This document shows, in pieces, positions 1 through 10,101 of a stretch of 64,000 bases of DNA. The translations under genes were made by a program, and so were the position numbers. Source of the DNA: Prolixibacteraceae bacterium (GTDB lineage: Bacteria > Bacteroidota > Bacteroidia > Bacteroidales > Prolixibacteraceae). How positions within the stretch are numbered: position 1 is the first letter of the stretch; every line of letters starts with the position of its first letter. The notes beneath the pieces are model-generated. The model was not told the origin of the DNA, ran no database searches, and worked only from the letters and a program-made list of their open reading frames with translations. Location: the NCBI GenBank assembly GCA_963676095.1, contig OY781040.1, forward strand, positions 5,802,705 to 5,866,704, read 5' to 3'.

Positions 1-20
1 ACAAATAGAATTTTTAGAGG

Positions 21-380
21 ATGCGTCCAAAAGAAGTAATTGAAAGATTTGTCCTGCTGTTTAACCAGGAAAACGCTGAAGAAATAGCTGACCTTTATCA
101 TGAAGATGCGATTAATCATCAGGTTGCCAATGATCCTGTTATCGGGAAGAAAGCTATTCGTGAGATGTTTGAGACCGAATTTTCCCTGGCAAAAATGGTC
201 TGTATCGTCGAACATATTTTTGAAGACGGGGAATGGGCGATCTTGGAATGGAGAGATCCTCTGGGACTACGTGGTTGCGGATTTTTTCATATCATTGACG
301 GAAAAATTAAATTTCAACGTGGTTATTGGGATAAACTGACCTTTCTGAGACAGCATAATCTGCCAATTCCCAAAGAATAA
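21..380 (+). CDS. SnoaL/NTF2-like (ketosteroid-isomerase-like) small protein
   Basis: 119-aa ORF; small alpha+beta cone fold family pattern (EEIADLYHEDAINHQ...), no signal peptide; tightly followed by the GNAT gene. Confidence 0.5.
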   Translation: MRPKEVIERFVLLFNQENAEEIADLYHEDAINHQVANDPVIGKKAIREMFETEFSLAKMVCIVEHIFEDGEWAILEWRDPLGLRGCGFFHIIDGKIKFQRGYWDKLTFLRQHNLPIPKE

Positions 381-387
381 ATAATGG

Positions 388-930
388 ATGAAAGATAAAG
401 TGACAATTACCTGTGATAAATCCAGATTGGATCTTGAATATCGAGAACTGGCGGAAGATGATTTGGAAATGGTCAAAGAAATTTATGACCATTATATATT
501 AAATTCTGTTGCAACTTTTCATACTGAACAGATCTCAATTGGCGAGCTAAAAGAATTTATTCCGATAGGTCATCCAAAGTATAAATCATTCCTGATCCTG
601 GATGATGGAATCGTTTGTGGATATTGTTATATGGCCCCATACAAAAAAAGGCAGGCATATGACCGTAGTGCGGAGATAACCATTTATCTGAAGCCTGCAT
701 ATTCGGGTAAAGGGATTGGTTATCAGGTTATTCATAAATTGGAGGATGTCGCTGTCGGGAAAGGGATAAAGGTGCTGTTAGGTGTTATAACCGGGGAGAA
801 TTTGGCAAGTATCCGCCTTTTCAGTGCGTGTGGATTTGAAAAATGTGCTCATTTCAAGCAGGTTGGTGAAAAGTTTGGTAAAATTCTGGATGTGGTTGTT
901 TTCCAGAAAATTTTGGATTGTCATCAATAA
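388..930 (+). CDS. GNAT-family N-acetyltransferase
   Basis: 180-aa ORF with acetyl-CoA-binding style segment (ITIYLKPAYSGKGIGYQVI...) typical of GNAT acetyltransferases. Confidence 0.6.
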   Translation: MKDKVTITCDKSRLDLEYRELAEDDLEMVKEIYDHYILNSVATFHTEQISIGELKEFIPIGHPKYKSFLILDDGIVCGYCYMAPYKKRQAYDRSAEITIYLKPAYSGKGIGYQVIHKLEDVAVGKGIKVLLGVITGENLASIRLFSACGFEKCAHFKQVGEKFGKILDVVVFQKILDCHQ

Positions 931-1105
931 ATATCGTTTTTTGGATGTTCGTTAATCATTCCAGTATTTATGCTGTATTTGAGAGCAATAAAAACTGTTT
1001 TTTAATCTGATTGTATAATTTTTTATTATTTTTTAATCTCTTTTAGAATTGAATACTATACATTTGGCTAAAATAGAATTTCATATTTTAGTATGACTTG
1101 ATATT

Positions 1106-1663
1106 ATGCAACCGATAGATGATACAGCCATAATCAAAGCCCTGAAATTTGGAAATGTCAGTGCTTTTGATGAAATGTATTATAAGTATAACAAAAAGCT
1201 TTTTGCGTTTTCACTTAAGTATTTGAAGGATCGGGCAGAGGCTGAAGATCTTATTCAGAAAGTTTTTATAATTATTTGGGAACGCAGAGAGTTATTGGAC
1301 GAGAACAAGGCTTTTGAACGATACTTGTTTAAAATAACACGCAATGAGGTTTACGATGTCTTGAAAAAGAGGGTTACCTGTGAGTATTACGAAAATTATA
1401 TTTTGGATATTCAGGATCCGGGAATGGATGACCTTGAACGCAAAAAGCTGATTGAAGCTGCATACCAGCTTATAGATCATCTTCCTGAAAGAAGGGCACA
1501 AATCTTTAGAATGAGCAAAGAGGAAGGCCTTACCTATAAACAAATTGCAGAGATCCTTCATATTACCGAGAACACGGTGGATACACAGATCCGTCATAGC
1601 CTCAATTTTTTAAGAAAGGAGATGCTTAAACTCCGCACGATTATTCTTTTTATTATTCACTGA
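1106..1663 (+). CDS. ECF-type RNA polymerase sigma-70 factor (PUL1 regulator)
   Basis: 185 aa; sigma region 2 (LIQKVFIIIWERRELL) and region 4 (LTYKQIAEILHITENTVDTQIRHSL); immediately upstream of a FecR anti-sigma and an STN-containing SusC. Confidence 0.85.
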   Translation: MQPIDDTAIIKALKFGNVSAFDEMYYKYNKKLFAFSLKYLKDRAEAEDLIQKVFIIIWERRELLDENKAFERYLFKITRNEVYDVLKKRVTCEYYENYILDIQDPGMDDLERKKLIEAAYQLIDHLPERRAQIFRMSKEEGLTYKQIAEILHITENTVDTQIRHSLNFLRKEMLKLRTIILFIIH

Positions 1664-1730
1664 TAAAAATTTCCATTTTGCTTTCACGGAAAAATCCCTG
1701 TTGCAGGTATTCTTAGGGTAGCCTAAAAAT

Positions 1731-2870
1731 ATGATGCAGTCAAAAAGGGAAATAAAGAATATACTCGACAGCTTCTTGGAGGGTAAAGCTGATAACGACG
1801 ACAAACGTGCCTTGTTTAACTTTTTTAATGATCCGGAAAATAAGACCTATGTCTATAAATGGCTTAAGAAAAACTGGAAGGAAGTTAACCCTGTGGAATC
1901 AGCTATTGATTTTCCGGAAGACCAGCTTCTTGAGCGGATACATAATGAGATAAAGGTTCGCAGACTGCCGGACCGTCCTTTTAGAAAACGGGTATCCCCG
2001 AGGATTAAAAAAATAGCCGTGACGACTTTGCGCTATGCTGCTGTGTGTCTTATCGCCTGTGGAATAGAATGGTATTTCCTTTCCAATCCGGTTTCAAAGC
2101 CTAAAATTGTACAGACCCGCTATAACGAGATTAATGTTCCGTATGGTTCCAAATCTTATATTGTGCTTGCAGACAGCACCAAAATCTGGCTGAATGCAGG
2201 GGCGAAACTTCGTTATCCGACTGCTTTTGAAGGAAAAGATCGTGAAATTTATCTGGCCGGTGAAGCTTTTTTTGATGTGCGGAAGGATAAGCATCGTCCC
2301 TTCTTTGTGAAGATGGACGGCATTGATCTGAAAGTACTTGGAACGAAGTTTAATGTTAAAGCATATGATGACGATCCGAAAATTGAGGCTACCTTGCTGG
2401 AAGGATCTATTGAAGTGATCGGACTGAAATCTGATAAGAATAACCTGAAAGGTAATTTGCTCATGAAACCTGGACAGAAACTTATTTTGTACAAGGATCG
2501 TCAACGACACCACCAGATATCGACGGATGCAAGACAAAATATGGACTCTGTGGAAACAATGCCGATAAATAAAACACCTGTAAAAATTATGGATACCCGG
2601 TTACTTGACCAGGTAGCTATTGAACCGGTAATTGCATGGAAAAAGGATAAGTTGGTTTTTAACAAACAACGCTTCGACGAAGTAAAGGTACTTTTGGAAC
2701 GGTGGTATGGGGTAACTATTGATGTACAGGATTCATCGGTTTTAAATTACCGATTTACAGGAACATTCGATAAGGAAACATTTGAGCAGGCAATGAAGGC
2801 GTTGCAGGAAGCGGCCGGTTTTGAATATGAATTGAACAAGAAACACGTTGTTATAAAAAAAGCTGTATAA
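1731..2870 (+). CDS. FecR-family anti-sigma factor
   Basis: 379 aa; transmembrane segment (VTTLRYAAVCLIACGIEWYF); FecR core (LADSTKIWLNAGAKLRYP...YLAGEAFFDV...VLGTKFNVKAY). Confidence 0.85.
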   Translation: MMQSKREIKNILDSFLEGKADNDDKRALFNFFNDPENKTYVYKWLKKNWKEVNPVESAIDFPEDQLLERIHNEIKVRRLPDRPFRKRVSPRIKKIAVTTLRYAAVCLIACGIEWYFLSNPVSKPKIVQTRYNEINVPYGSKSYIVLADSTKIWLNAGAKLRYPTAFEGKDREIYLAGEAFFDVRKDKHRPFFVKMDGIDLKVLGTKFNVKAYDDDPKIEATLLEGSIEVIGLKSDKNNLKGNLLMKPGQKLILYKDRQRHHQISTDARQNMDSVETMPINKTPVKIMDTRLLDQVAIEPVIAWKKDKLVFNKQRFDEVKVLLERWYGVTIDVQDSSVLNYRFTGTFDKETFEQAMKALQEAAGFEYELNKKHVVIKKAV

Positions 2871-3089
2871 ATGGCTGAATAAAAAATAAAAACAAAATCA
2901 GAATTAGGTATTCGGAATATCAGACAAGGCTGTATAAATAGCTATGTTTATAAATATAATAAATTGCTGAACCAAATTTAATGCCTATGTGAATCCTTCC
3001 AAAAAAAGAGGATCGAAGAATGCACCACCATCCTCCGATCCTGAAGTGTAAATTAATTCTATGTAAAATTATTAACACGTTTCAATTCT

Positions 3090-6000
3090 ATGAAAAAAAA
3101 TTCTTGTGTGCAAGAGGAAAATCTGTTTTTCCTCCGGTTTAAAAAAATTTTATTGGTCATGAAACTAACTGTTGGAATTATAATCTTTTTTATGTTTCAG
3201 GCTACTGCTGTAATTTCCCAGAATACAGTTGCAACCATTCATGCTACAAATCTTGAAATGGACCGTTTTTTTGCGGAAATAGAAAAGCAAACATCGGTTA
3301 AATTCCTGTACCGGTACGAAAATATCGAAGGAAAACGGGTAAGCATAGCCGTTGATAACGCTTCTGTTGATGAGGTATTGAAGCTTGCACTTCACGATCA
3401 GGGGTTAAGTTTTACCAGGATGGGGAATAACCTGATCGTGATAGCTCAGGAAGGTACTGCACAGCAGAATAAAAAAATTACAGGGACGGTTACTGATGAG
3501 TCCGGCCAACCATTACCGGGGGTGAGTATTGTTATCAAAGGTACTACTTCCGGAACTGTTTCAGATATGGAGGGTAAGTTTAGTGTTAACCTTCAGGGGG
3601 ATCAGAGAACATTGATATTCTCTTTTATCGGTTATACTCCTCAGGAGATCATGCTTGGAACCCAGCCTGTGATCAATGTTGTGATGAAAGAAGAGGAACA
3701 TTCGATTGATGAGGTCGTCGTAACTGCTCTTGGAATTGAGAAAAAGAAGAGGACGTTAACTTACACGACGCAGCAGGTAGACGTCGATAACCTGGCAACG
3801 GTTACAAAAGGTGACGTTGGGGCAGCTTTGGCCGGTAAGGTGGCCGGTGTTGCAGTGATGACAGGGGCTACCGGTGGATCGCGTATTATTATTCGAGGGG
3901 AGCGTTCTATAAGCGGGGGCAATACTCCTTTGGTAATTATGGACGGCGTACCATCTGCCTTTGGACTTGGTAATGTTGATGACATAGAAAGTATTAATGT
4001 GCTTAAAGGGCCATCTGCATCAGCGTTATATGGTGCAGACGCGGCCAATGGTGTTATTATTGTTACGACGAAGAAAGGAAGGGTTGGGGAAACAAAAGTA
4101 GAGATTAACTCTCAAACCAGTTTGGGATTTCCAACCAGGTATCCGGAAATCCAGAATGTTTACGGACAAGGAACTGGAGGTATATTCAGTCCAAATGATC
4201 CTTATTATAGTTGGGGGCCCAAAATGCAGGGACAAACTGTTACTGACTGGACGGGTAACGAAACCACGTTGGATCCGCAACCGGATAACATAAAAGATCT
4301 GTTTCAGGTCTCTCAAAGCTATGTAAACAATGTCTCTTACAGCACAGGCAATCAAAAGTCAACGGCTTATTTCTCCTATACCAATTCTACCTGGAACGGA
4401 CTTCTTCCTGTAAATAAAGGGACGACCCATAAGGTGAATATGCGGATGGATACAGAACTGATTAAGAACCTGAGACTGGATGCCATACTAACTTGGTCAC
4501 ACGATAAAACGAAGAATACCCCGGAGAGTGGGGATGATCTTTTTAGTCCGATGTGGCAGTTGGTAAAAATGCCAAGGAGTATCAAAACCGCTGATATTAA
4601 AGCTGGTTATTATTACGATTCGTCAGGGTCAAAGAAACAATTGACATGGGCTCCAGGATCGACAGCAAATATTAATCCTTACTGGTCGATGTATGGACGT
4701 GAAGCAGAAGTGAACGGCAATACCGTGAATGCTGTGGCTACATTAAAATATAATTTTAGACCATGGCTTTACCTTCAGCTCAGGGGGCGCATGGAATACG
4801 GAAATGGTAATGAGGAGTATAAATATTACTGGGATACCCAGTATGTTTCGTCTGGGAAGGGATCTTATGAATTGGAATATTCAAAAAGTCAGGCTCTGAA
4901 TTCAGATGTCCTGCTGGGGTTTGACAAGGATTTAACCAAAGACTGGCACCTGAGCGGCAATTTAGGAGCGGAAATAAGAGACAACCAAAGTTCCAGCATA
5001 GATTCCAAAACAGGCGACGGAGGGCTTGTCCTTGAAAATAAATTCTATCTTGGAAACGGATCATCTGTAAGTACTGACAACAGTGCTTCTCATATACAGA
5101 CTCAATCCATTTACGGGACTGCTCAGATTGGATTCCGTAATTACCTGTTTATGGATGTGACTGCACGTAATGACTGGAGCTCGACATTACCATCTCCATA
5201 TGATTATTTTTATCCATCAGTCGGCCTAACTGGCGTTATATCAGATATAGTTAAGCTCCCTGAATTGATCTCTTATCTGAAGGTCCGTGGTTCATATGCA
5301 CAGGTTGGTGCCGGTGCCGGCTTTGCCGAGATATTTCAGACCTATTCCAGGGAATTGAACGGGACGCAGGGTGAAATTACAACCGGATCAACAAAAGTGG
5401 CCAGCCAGTTAATCCCGGAAAAGACTAAATCCTGGGAAGCAGGTACTGAACTGAGAGTGCTGAAGGACAGGTTAGGGATTGATTTTACATGGTATAAATC
5501 AAACACATATAATCAGCTGGTGAGTGTAACCTCACCTCCTACTTCGGGGTTCAGTAATGCCTATATCAATTGCGGAAATATTCAAAACAAAGGAATTGAA
5601 TTTATGGTTTCTACTGTTCCCATTCAGAATTCGGATATCAAATGGGATCTCAATCTGAATTTTTCACGAAACTGGAGTAAGGTGATTGAATTGACCAGCA
5701 CTATGGATGAATATGAGATCAAATCTCCTAATCTTTCGATGGGCGATAGCTGGATTATTGTTGGAAAACCTTATGGGGAGATACTTTCAAAGTCATTCAA
5801 GCGTACCGATGACGGAAGGCTTATTATTGATGATTTGGGTATGCCGGAAATAACTTCTGAAGCAAAAACGGATATTGGCAATTTTAATTATGACTTTAGA
5901 AGCGGTCTTACCAGTAATTTTAAATATAAGAACTGGAATGTCTATTTTCTGATTGATTTAAATTACGGAGGAGTCAGGCAGTCTGCCACTGAAGCACAGA

Positions 6001-6434
6001 TGATGCTTTCCGGCACAAGTAAAGCTACTTTGTATGGACGTGATGGTTTTGTCCTTGATGGGGTGAGGGAGGTTATAGATTCTGAAGGAAATGTTACTTC
6101 CTATGTCGGGAACGATATCGAAATTGATGCTGAGACCTATGCAAAGGCAATCGGCGGTCGTGCCTCCAATGGTTGTGGTGAAGCCTTCACACATAAGGCT
6201 ACGAATTCACGTCTTCGTGAGTTTTCCGTCGGGTACGACCTGCCCGTAAGATCATCCGTGGTAAAAAATTTAACCGTATCGGCTGTCGGCCGTAACCTCT
6301 TCTATTTTTATAATGCCTGCGGTTGGTTTGATCCTGATATGTCCTATGACCTGAGCCGAAACGGACAAGGATCTGAAAGCGCTTTTATGCCTGGAGGACC
6401 TACCCTTGCCATAAATATCAAACTTACCTTTTAA
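3090..6434 (+). CDS. SusC/RagA-family TonB-dependent outer-membrane transporter with N-terminal STN signalling domain
   Basis: ~1100 aa; STN domain (KFLYRYENIEGKRVSIAVDNASVDEVLKLALHD); carboxypeptidase-regulatory-like domain (ITGTVTDESGQPLPGVSIVIKGT); TonB plug and beta-barrel, with a C-terminal aromatic residue. The more likely start is the internal Met at 3156. Confidence 0.9.
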   Translation: MKKNSCVQEENLFFLRFKKILLVMKLTVGIIIFFMFQATAVISQNTVATIHATNLEMDRFFAEIEKQTSVKFLYRYENIEGKRVSIAVDNASVDEVLKLALHDQGLSFTRMGNNLIVIAQEGTAQQNKKITGTVTDESGQPLPGVSIVIKGTTSGTVSDMEGKFSVNLQGDQRTLIFSFIGYTPQEIMLGTQPVINVVMKEEEHSIDEVVVTALGIEKKKRTLTYTTQQVDVDNLATVTKGDVGAALAGKVAGVAVMTGATGGSRIIIRGERSISGGNTPLVIMDGVPSAFGLGNVDDIESINVLKGPSASALYGADAANGVIIVTTKKGRVGETKVEINSQTSLGFPTRYPEIQNVYGQGTGGIFSPNDPYYSWGPKMQGQTVTDWTGNETTLDPQPDNIKDLFQVSQSYVNNVSYSTGNQKSTAYFSYTNSTWNGLLPVNKGTTHKVNMRMDTELIKNLRLDAILTWSHDKTKNTPESGDDLFSPMWQLVKMPRSIKTADIKAGYYYDSSGSKKQLTWAPGSTANINPYWSMYGREAEVNGNTVNAVATLKYNFRPWLYLQLRGRMEYGNGNEEYKYYWDTQYVSSGKGSYELEYSKSQALNSDVLLGFDKDLTKDWHLSGNLGAEIRDNQSSSIDSKTGDGGLVLENKFYLGNGSSVSTDNSASHIQTQSIYGTAQIGFRNYLFMDVTARNDWSSTLPSPYDYFYPSVGLTGVISDIVKLPELISYLKVRGSYAQVGAGAGFAEIFQTYSRELNGTQGEITTGSTKVASQLIPEKTKSWEAGTELRVLKDRLGIDFTWYKSNTYNQLVSVTSPPTSGFSNAYINCGNIQNKGIEFMVSTVPIQNSDIKWDLNLNFSRNWSKVIELTSTMDEYEIKSPNLSMGDSWIIVGKPYGEILSKSFKRTDDGRLIIDDLGMPEITSEAKTDIGNFNYDFRSGLTSNFKYKNWNVYFLIDLNYGGVRQSATEAQMMLSGTSKATLYGRDGFVLDGVREVIDSEGNVTSYVGNDIEIDAETYAKAIGGRASNGCGEAFTHKATNSRLREFSVGYDLPVRSSVVKNLTVSAVGRNLFYFYNACGWFDPDMSYDLSRNGQGSESAFMPGGPTLAINIKLTF

Positions 6435-6445
6435 TAGTTAAAATA

Positions 6446-8092
6446 ATGATAGCTATGAAAAAATATATAATGAACCGGTATGTGATCAGATTATTTTTAG
6501 CAGTTTTTGTATCTCTCGGCTTGTATTCCTGTACTGATAATTTTATGGAAATTAATACCGATACTACTGAGTTTATGGAGGTGACAACGAAAGACTACGG
6601 CGAACTTTTCTTTCAGGCAGAGCATAGTGGACTTGCCTGGCAAACAACAGACGATATGAGCCGTATGTCCAGTACACTGGCTTTACACAATTGCGGATAT
6701 ACGTCATGTGGAAATTATCCCTATGATGAAAATCAACTCAATCTTGGATGGGAGAATTCCGGATTTAAAGATGTTTATGTAGACGCGCTTCCTGTATTGA
6801 TCAGTATGATGAGTGTTGCAAAAGAAGCTGGAGATGATGCTGTTTATGATATGGCGTTGATTTGGAAAGTCTTTCTGTTGCAACGAATTACCGATATTTG
6901 GGGGCCGACGCCTTATACTTATGCCGGGACTGGTGCGGAATCGATCCCTTATGACAGCCAGAAGGAGGTGTACTACGCTATGTTTGAAGACCTTAAATCT
7001 GCTATAACCGGTTTGTCCAAAGCGTTGGAAAGTGATCCTTCATTGAATCTGTTCGGCACAAATGACAATATCTATGCCGGCGATGTTTCCAAATGGATTA
7101 AGTTTGCCAATACGCTTCGGTTGCGGATGGCGATCCGGATCTCGAATGCCGATCCTGCAAAAGCCCGGGAAGAAGCAGAAGCCGCAGTTGCTACGGGTTC
7201 CCTCATGGAAAACAATGACGATAATGCCTTATTCGATGTAACAGACCTGAGTAGTGAGGGAAATGGAATGCCCAGAATGGAATCTTTTTATCAGGATGTG
7301 ATGAGTACCAATATGGAGAGCGTGCTAAAAGGGTATAAAGATCCGCGTATGGAAGAATATTGGTCACCTGTTGTGGAAAGTACTATTAATACAGTTTTCC
7401 CTGATGAATACAAGAGTAATATTGGAGGTTACCATGGCTTTAGCAGCGGTGCAGACCCGGTAGAATATACCTACTTTAAGGCTTTTTCGAAATATGGCCC
7501 TCGTTTTGTCGACGGCAATCAGCTCGTTACCCCTATCAATGTGATGAATGCAGCAGAAACATGGTTCCTGAAAGCTGAAGGAGCCTGGAGGGGATGGAGT
7601 ATGGGCGGAACAGCCACGGAATTTTATGAAAAGGGAATTGAGATTTCCATAAAACAGTGGCGGGAGAGCGAGATCTCCGATGACTCCATTCAGAGCTATA
7701 TCAATAGTAGCCTTACTCCGGTTGCCCCAGATAATTATCCGTATTATGATGAGCCGATGACGGACATTCCTGTAAAATTCTCCGGTAACAGTGAAACACA
7801 GTATGAGCAGATCATGACACAGAAGTGGATTGCATTATTCCCGGATTGTTATGAGGCATGGGCTGAATATCGCCGTACACGCTTACCGAAATTGTATGCT
7901 AAAAAATATACTGTTAATGCTAATGTTAGCCCATCTAAGGGACAGATAATAACGCGTTGTCCTTTTGCTAAAGATGAATATAGTGCCAATGCCGCAGAAG
8001 TAGAAAAGGCGATCTCCCTAATAGGTGATGGTGTTACAGAAGATCTTGAGAATATTCCATTGTGGTGGGATGTTAATGATAATGGAAACTAA
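6446..8092 (+). CDS. SusD/RagB-family nutrient-binding outer-membrane lipoprotein
   Basis: 548 aa; lipoprotein signal (LGLYSC); TPR-like SusD body; sits directly downstream of SusC (12-bp gap). Confidence 0.8.
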   Translation: MIAMKKYIMNRYVIRLFLAVFVSLGLYSCTDNFMEINTDTTEFMEVTTKDYGELFFQAEHSGLAWQTTDDMSRMSSTLALHNCGYTSCGNYPYDENQLNLGWENSGFKDVYVDALPVLISMMSVAKEAGDDAVYDMALIWKVFLLQRITDIWGPTPYTYAGTGAESIPYDSQKEVYYAMFEDLKSAITGLSKALESDPSLNLFGTNDNIYAGDVSKWIKFANTLRLRMAIRISNADPAKAREEAEAAVATGSLMENNDDNALFDVTDLSSEGNGMPRMESFYQDVMSTNMESVLKGYKDPRMEEYWSPVVESTINTVFPDEYKSNIGGYHGFSSGADPVEYTYFKAFSKYGPRFVDGNQLVTPINVMNAAETWFLKAEGAWRGWSMGGTATEFYEKGIEISIKQWRESEISDDSIQSYINSSLTPVAPDNYPYYDEPMTDIPVKFSGNSETQYEQIMTQKWIALFPDCYEAWAEYRRTRLPKLYAKKYTVNANVSPSKGQIITRCPFAKDEYSANAAEVEKAISLIGDGVTEDLENIPLWWDVNDNGN

Positions 8093-8118
8093 CTCCGTTT
8101 CGTATTTTGATAATTGAA

Positions 8119-8170
8119 AAGGAAGGGTTCAGGCCGGTATCCCGGGTTGGATACCGGCCTTCCTTATTTT
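8119..8170 (+). terminator. Rho-independent terminator after SusD
   Basis: Perfect 12-bp stem aggccggtatcc / ggataccggcct (8131-8160) extended by ggaagg/ccttcc, followed by a T-run (ttatttt). Confidence 0.6.
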
Positions 8171-8231
8171 AACTGAATAACGATACTAAATAAGTAAATC
8201 ATCAATAATAAATTAATTCCGGGAGCAAACG

Positions 8232-10097
8232 ATGAGTATGAGAAAAATTTTAATAGGGGCCTTGCTTTTCCTGTTTGTGGGGGCATCTGCCCAAACGGGA
8301 AAAGTAAGTTTTGTGGTGGAACCTTATCTTCAGGAAGTGAACGACAGCTCCTTCCGGGTAATGTGGGAAACATCGTCTCCGGGTAAAAGTGAGGTGAAAC
8401 TGGGAGTTGCCGGATTTAATGTCTTGAGACCAACCCTCGACCGTGCATTCAAAGATCAGCAGAATACCACCTTTCACGATGTTTGGGTATCCGGTTTACA
8501 GGTTGGGGAAAATTATTTTTATCAGGCCTGTACAATAGGAGAACCCGGAGATACGCTTTGGGGACCTGTTACCCCTTTGTATATTCCAGACTATGGAAAG
8601 ATGCCTGTTTCTTTTGCTGTTGTTGGCGATACCCAGAACTCCCCGGATGTATGGGGCAAGCTGGCTGCTTTGATTTACCAGGAACACCCGTCTTTTATCG
8701 TGCATGCAGGCGATTTGGTACAATATGGCCCAAACAAGAAGGATTGGGTTGAGGAATTTTTTTGGCCTGCGCGGAACGTGTTGCGGTTTTTCCCGTTGTA
8801 TCCGGCTATCGGTAATCACGAAATGAATAATGCCTGGTATTACCAGTACTTTCATTTACCGGATCCGGAATGGTTTTATACGGAAAAGAAAGGAAACGTC
8901 CTTTTTATTTTTGTCGATACCAATAAAGATATCCTTCCCGGTTCGGCACAATACAAAAAGCTTGAACAGATTCTGGCATCATCTCCCGAGGCCTGGAAGA
9001 TTATGGTACACCACCATCCTGTTTATGTTTCGGAAGAAGGATTTTACGGGAATACATGGTTTCAGAAAGCAGTTCATGGCGATCCGAACGAAATGCACCT
9101 GAAGAAGCTGTATGAGACTTACGGGGTTGACCTCGAACTTAACGGGCATGCCCATTTTTACGAACGGACATGGCCCCTGATGAACGACTGTGTCGATCCT
9201 GAATGCGGGGTTACCTATATTACCACAGGCGGGGCCAATCATGAATTTTCGAAACATGCGGCCAATAAGGCCTGGTATGATGCCCGGACAAGAGATGCAA
9301 CCAACCATTTTTTATATATCAGCATCGTAAACAATTCGTTGTATGGTATGGCCATCGATTCAGCTGGCCATGTTTTTGATACCTGGACGATTAAAAAAAG
9401 ACCTGGATACCAGAGATTAAATGCACCTTATTTACAGGGAGATAAACAATATTTCATGGATAGTACGGCTGTTATAATCAAAAATATGAATAACAGGGGA
9501 GAACTATTTTTTCAAACTGGAAGCGAGGGGTTCAAATCCGGAAAAGGCGGGAATATCAAGCTCTCTTTTTCAGAAACAACCAATCTTTCTGCATATGTAC
9601 AGGATGGGGAACAAAAAAGCCATGTTGCAGAAAAGACATTTGTGAAGTTGCCTGTTTACCCTGCTCAGAAAAAGGCTATAAAAGGGGTAAAGGCAGAATA
9701 TGCCGAAGGAAATTGGATCTGGGTTCCTGATTTTAAGAATATTACGCCATTGAAAATATTCAGTCTGGATTCCTTGAGCCTGAAACCGGTACAGCCCAGG
9801 GCTAAAGACCATTTTGCCGTTCGTTTTACCGGAAGTTTTTCAGTACCGGAAACAGATGTTTACCGTTTTTTATTGGAATCGTTTGACGGGAGCCGTTTGT
9901 TTATTGATGGTAAAGAGGTTATCAATGATGATGGCATTCATTATGAGATCAAAAAGGAAAATTACATTGCACTGGAAAAAGGGCTGCATTCATTTGAAGT
10001 CCGCTATTTCGACTATGTGCGGCGGGAAACTCTGAACCTGTGGATCGGAACTCAGACCGGAGAAATGAAAGATTTTAATACCTTTATAAACAGATAG
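8232..10097 (+). CDS. Secreted calcineurin-like metallophosphoesterase (purple-acid-phosphatase-like) with C-terminal PA14 domain
   Basis: Signal peptide; metallophosphoesterase motifs (GDTQN, HAGDLVQYG, GNHE, GHAHFYER); C-terminal PA14-like segment (FAVRFTGSFSVPETDVYRFLLESFDGSRLFIDGKEV). Confidence 0.7.
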   Translation: MSMRKILIGALLFLFVGASAQTGKVSFVVEPYLQEVNDSSFRVMWETSSPGKSEVKLGVAGFNVLRPTLDRAFKDQQNTTFHDVWVSGLQVGENYFYQACTIGEPGDTLWGPVTPLYIPDYGKMPVSFAVVGDTQNSPDVWGKLAALIYQEHPSFIVHAGDLVQYGPNKKDWVEEFFWPARNVLRFFPLYPAIGNHEMNNAWYYQYFHLPDPEWFYTEKKGNVLFIFVDTNKDILPGSAQYKKLEQILASSPEAWKIMVHHHPVYVSEEGFYGNTWFQKAVHGDPNEMHLKKLYETYGVDLELNGHAHFYERTWPLMNDCVDPECGVTYITTGGANHEFSKHAANKAWYDARTRDATNHFLYISIVNNSLYGMAIDSAGHVFDTWTIKKRPGYQRLNAPYLQGDKQYFMDSTAVIIKNMNNRGELFFQTGSEGFKSGKGGNIKLSFSETTNLSAYVQDGEQKSHVAEKTFVKLPVYPAQKKAIKGVKAEYAEGNWIWVPDFKNITPLKIFSLDSLSLKPVQPRAKDHFAVRFTGSFSVPETDVYRFLLESFDGSRLFIDGKEVINDDGIHYEIKKENYIALEKGLHSFEVRYFDYVRRETLNLWIGTQTGEMKDFNTFINR

Positions 10098-10101
10098 ATA
10101 C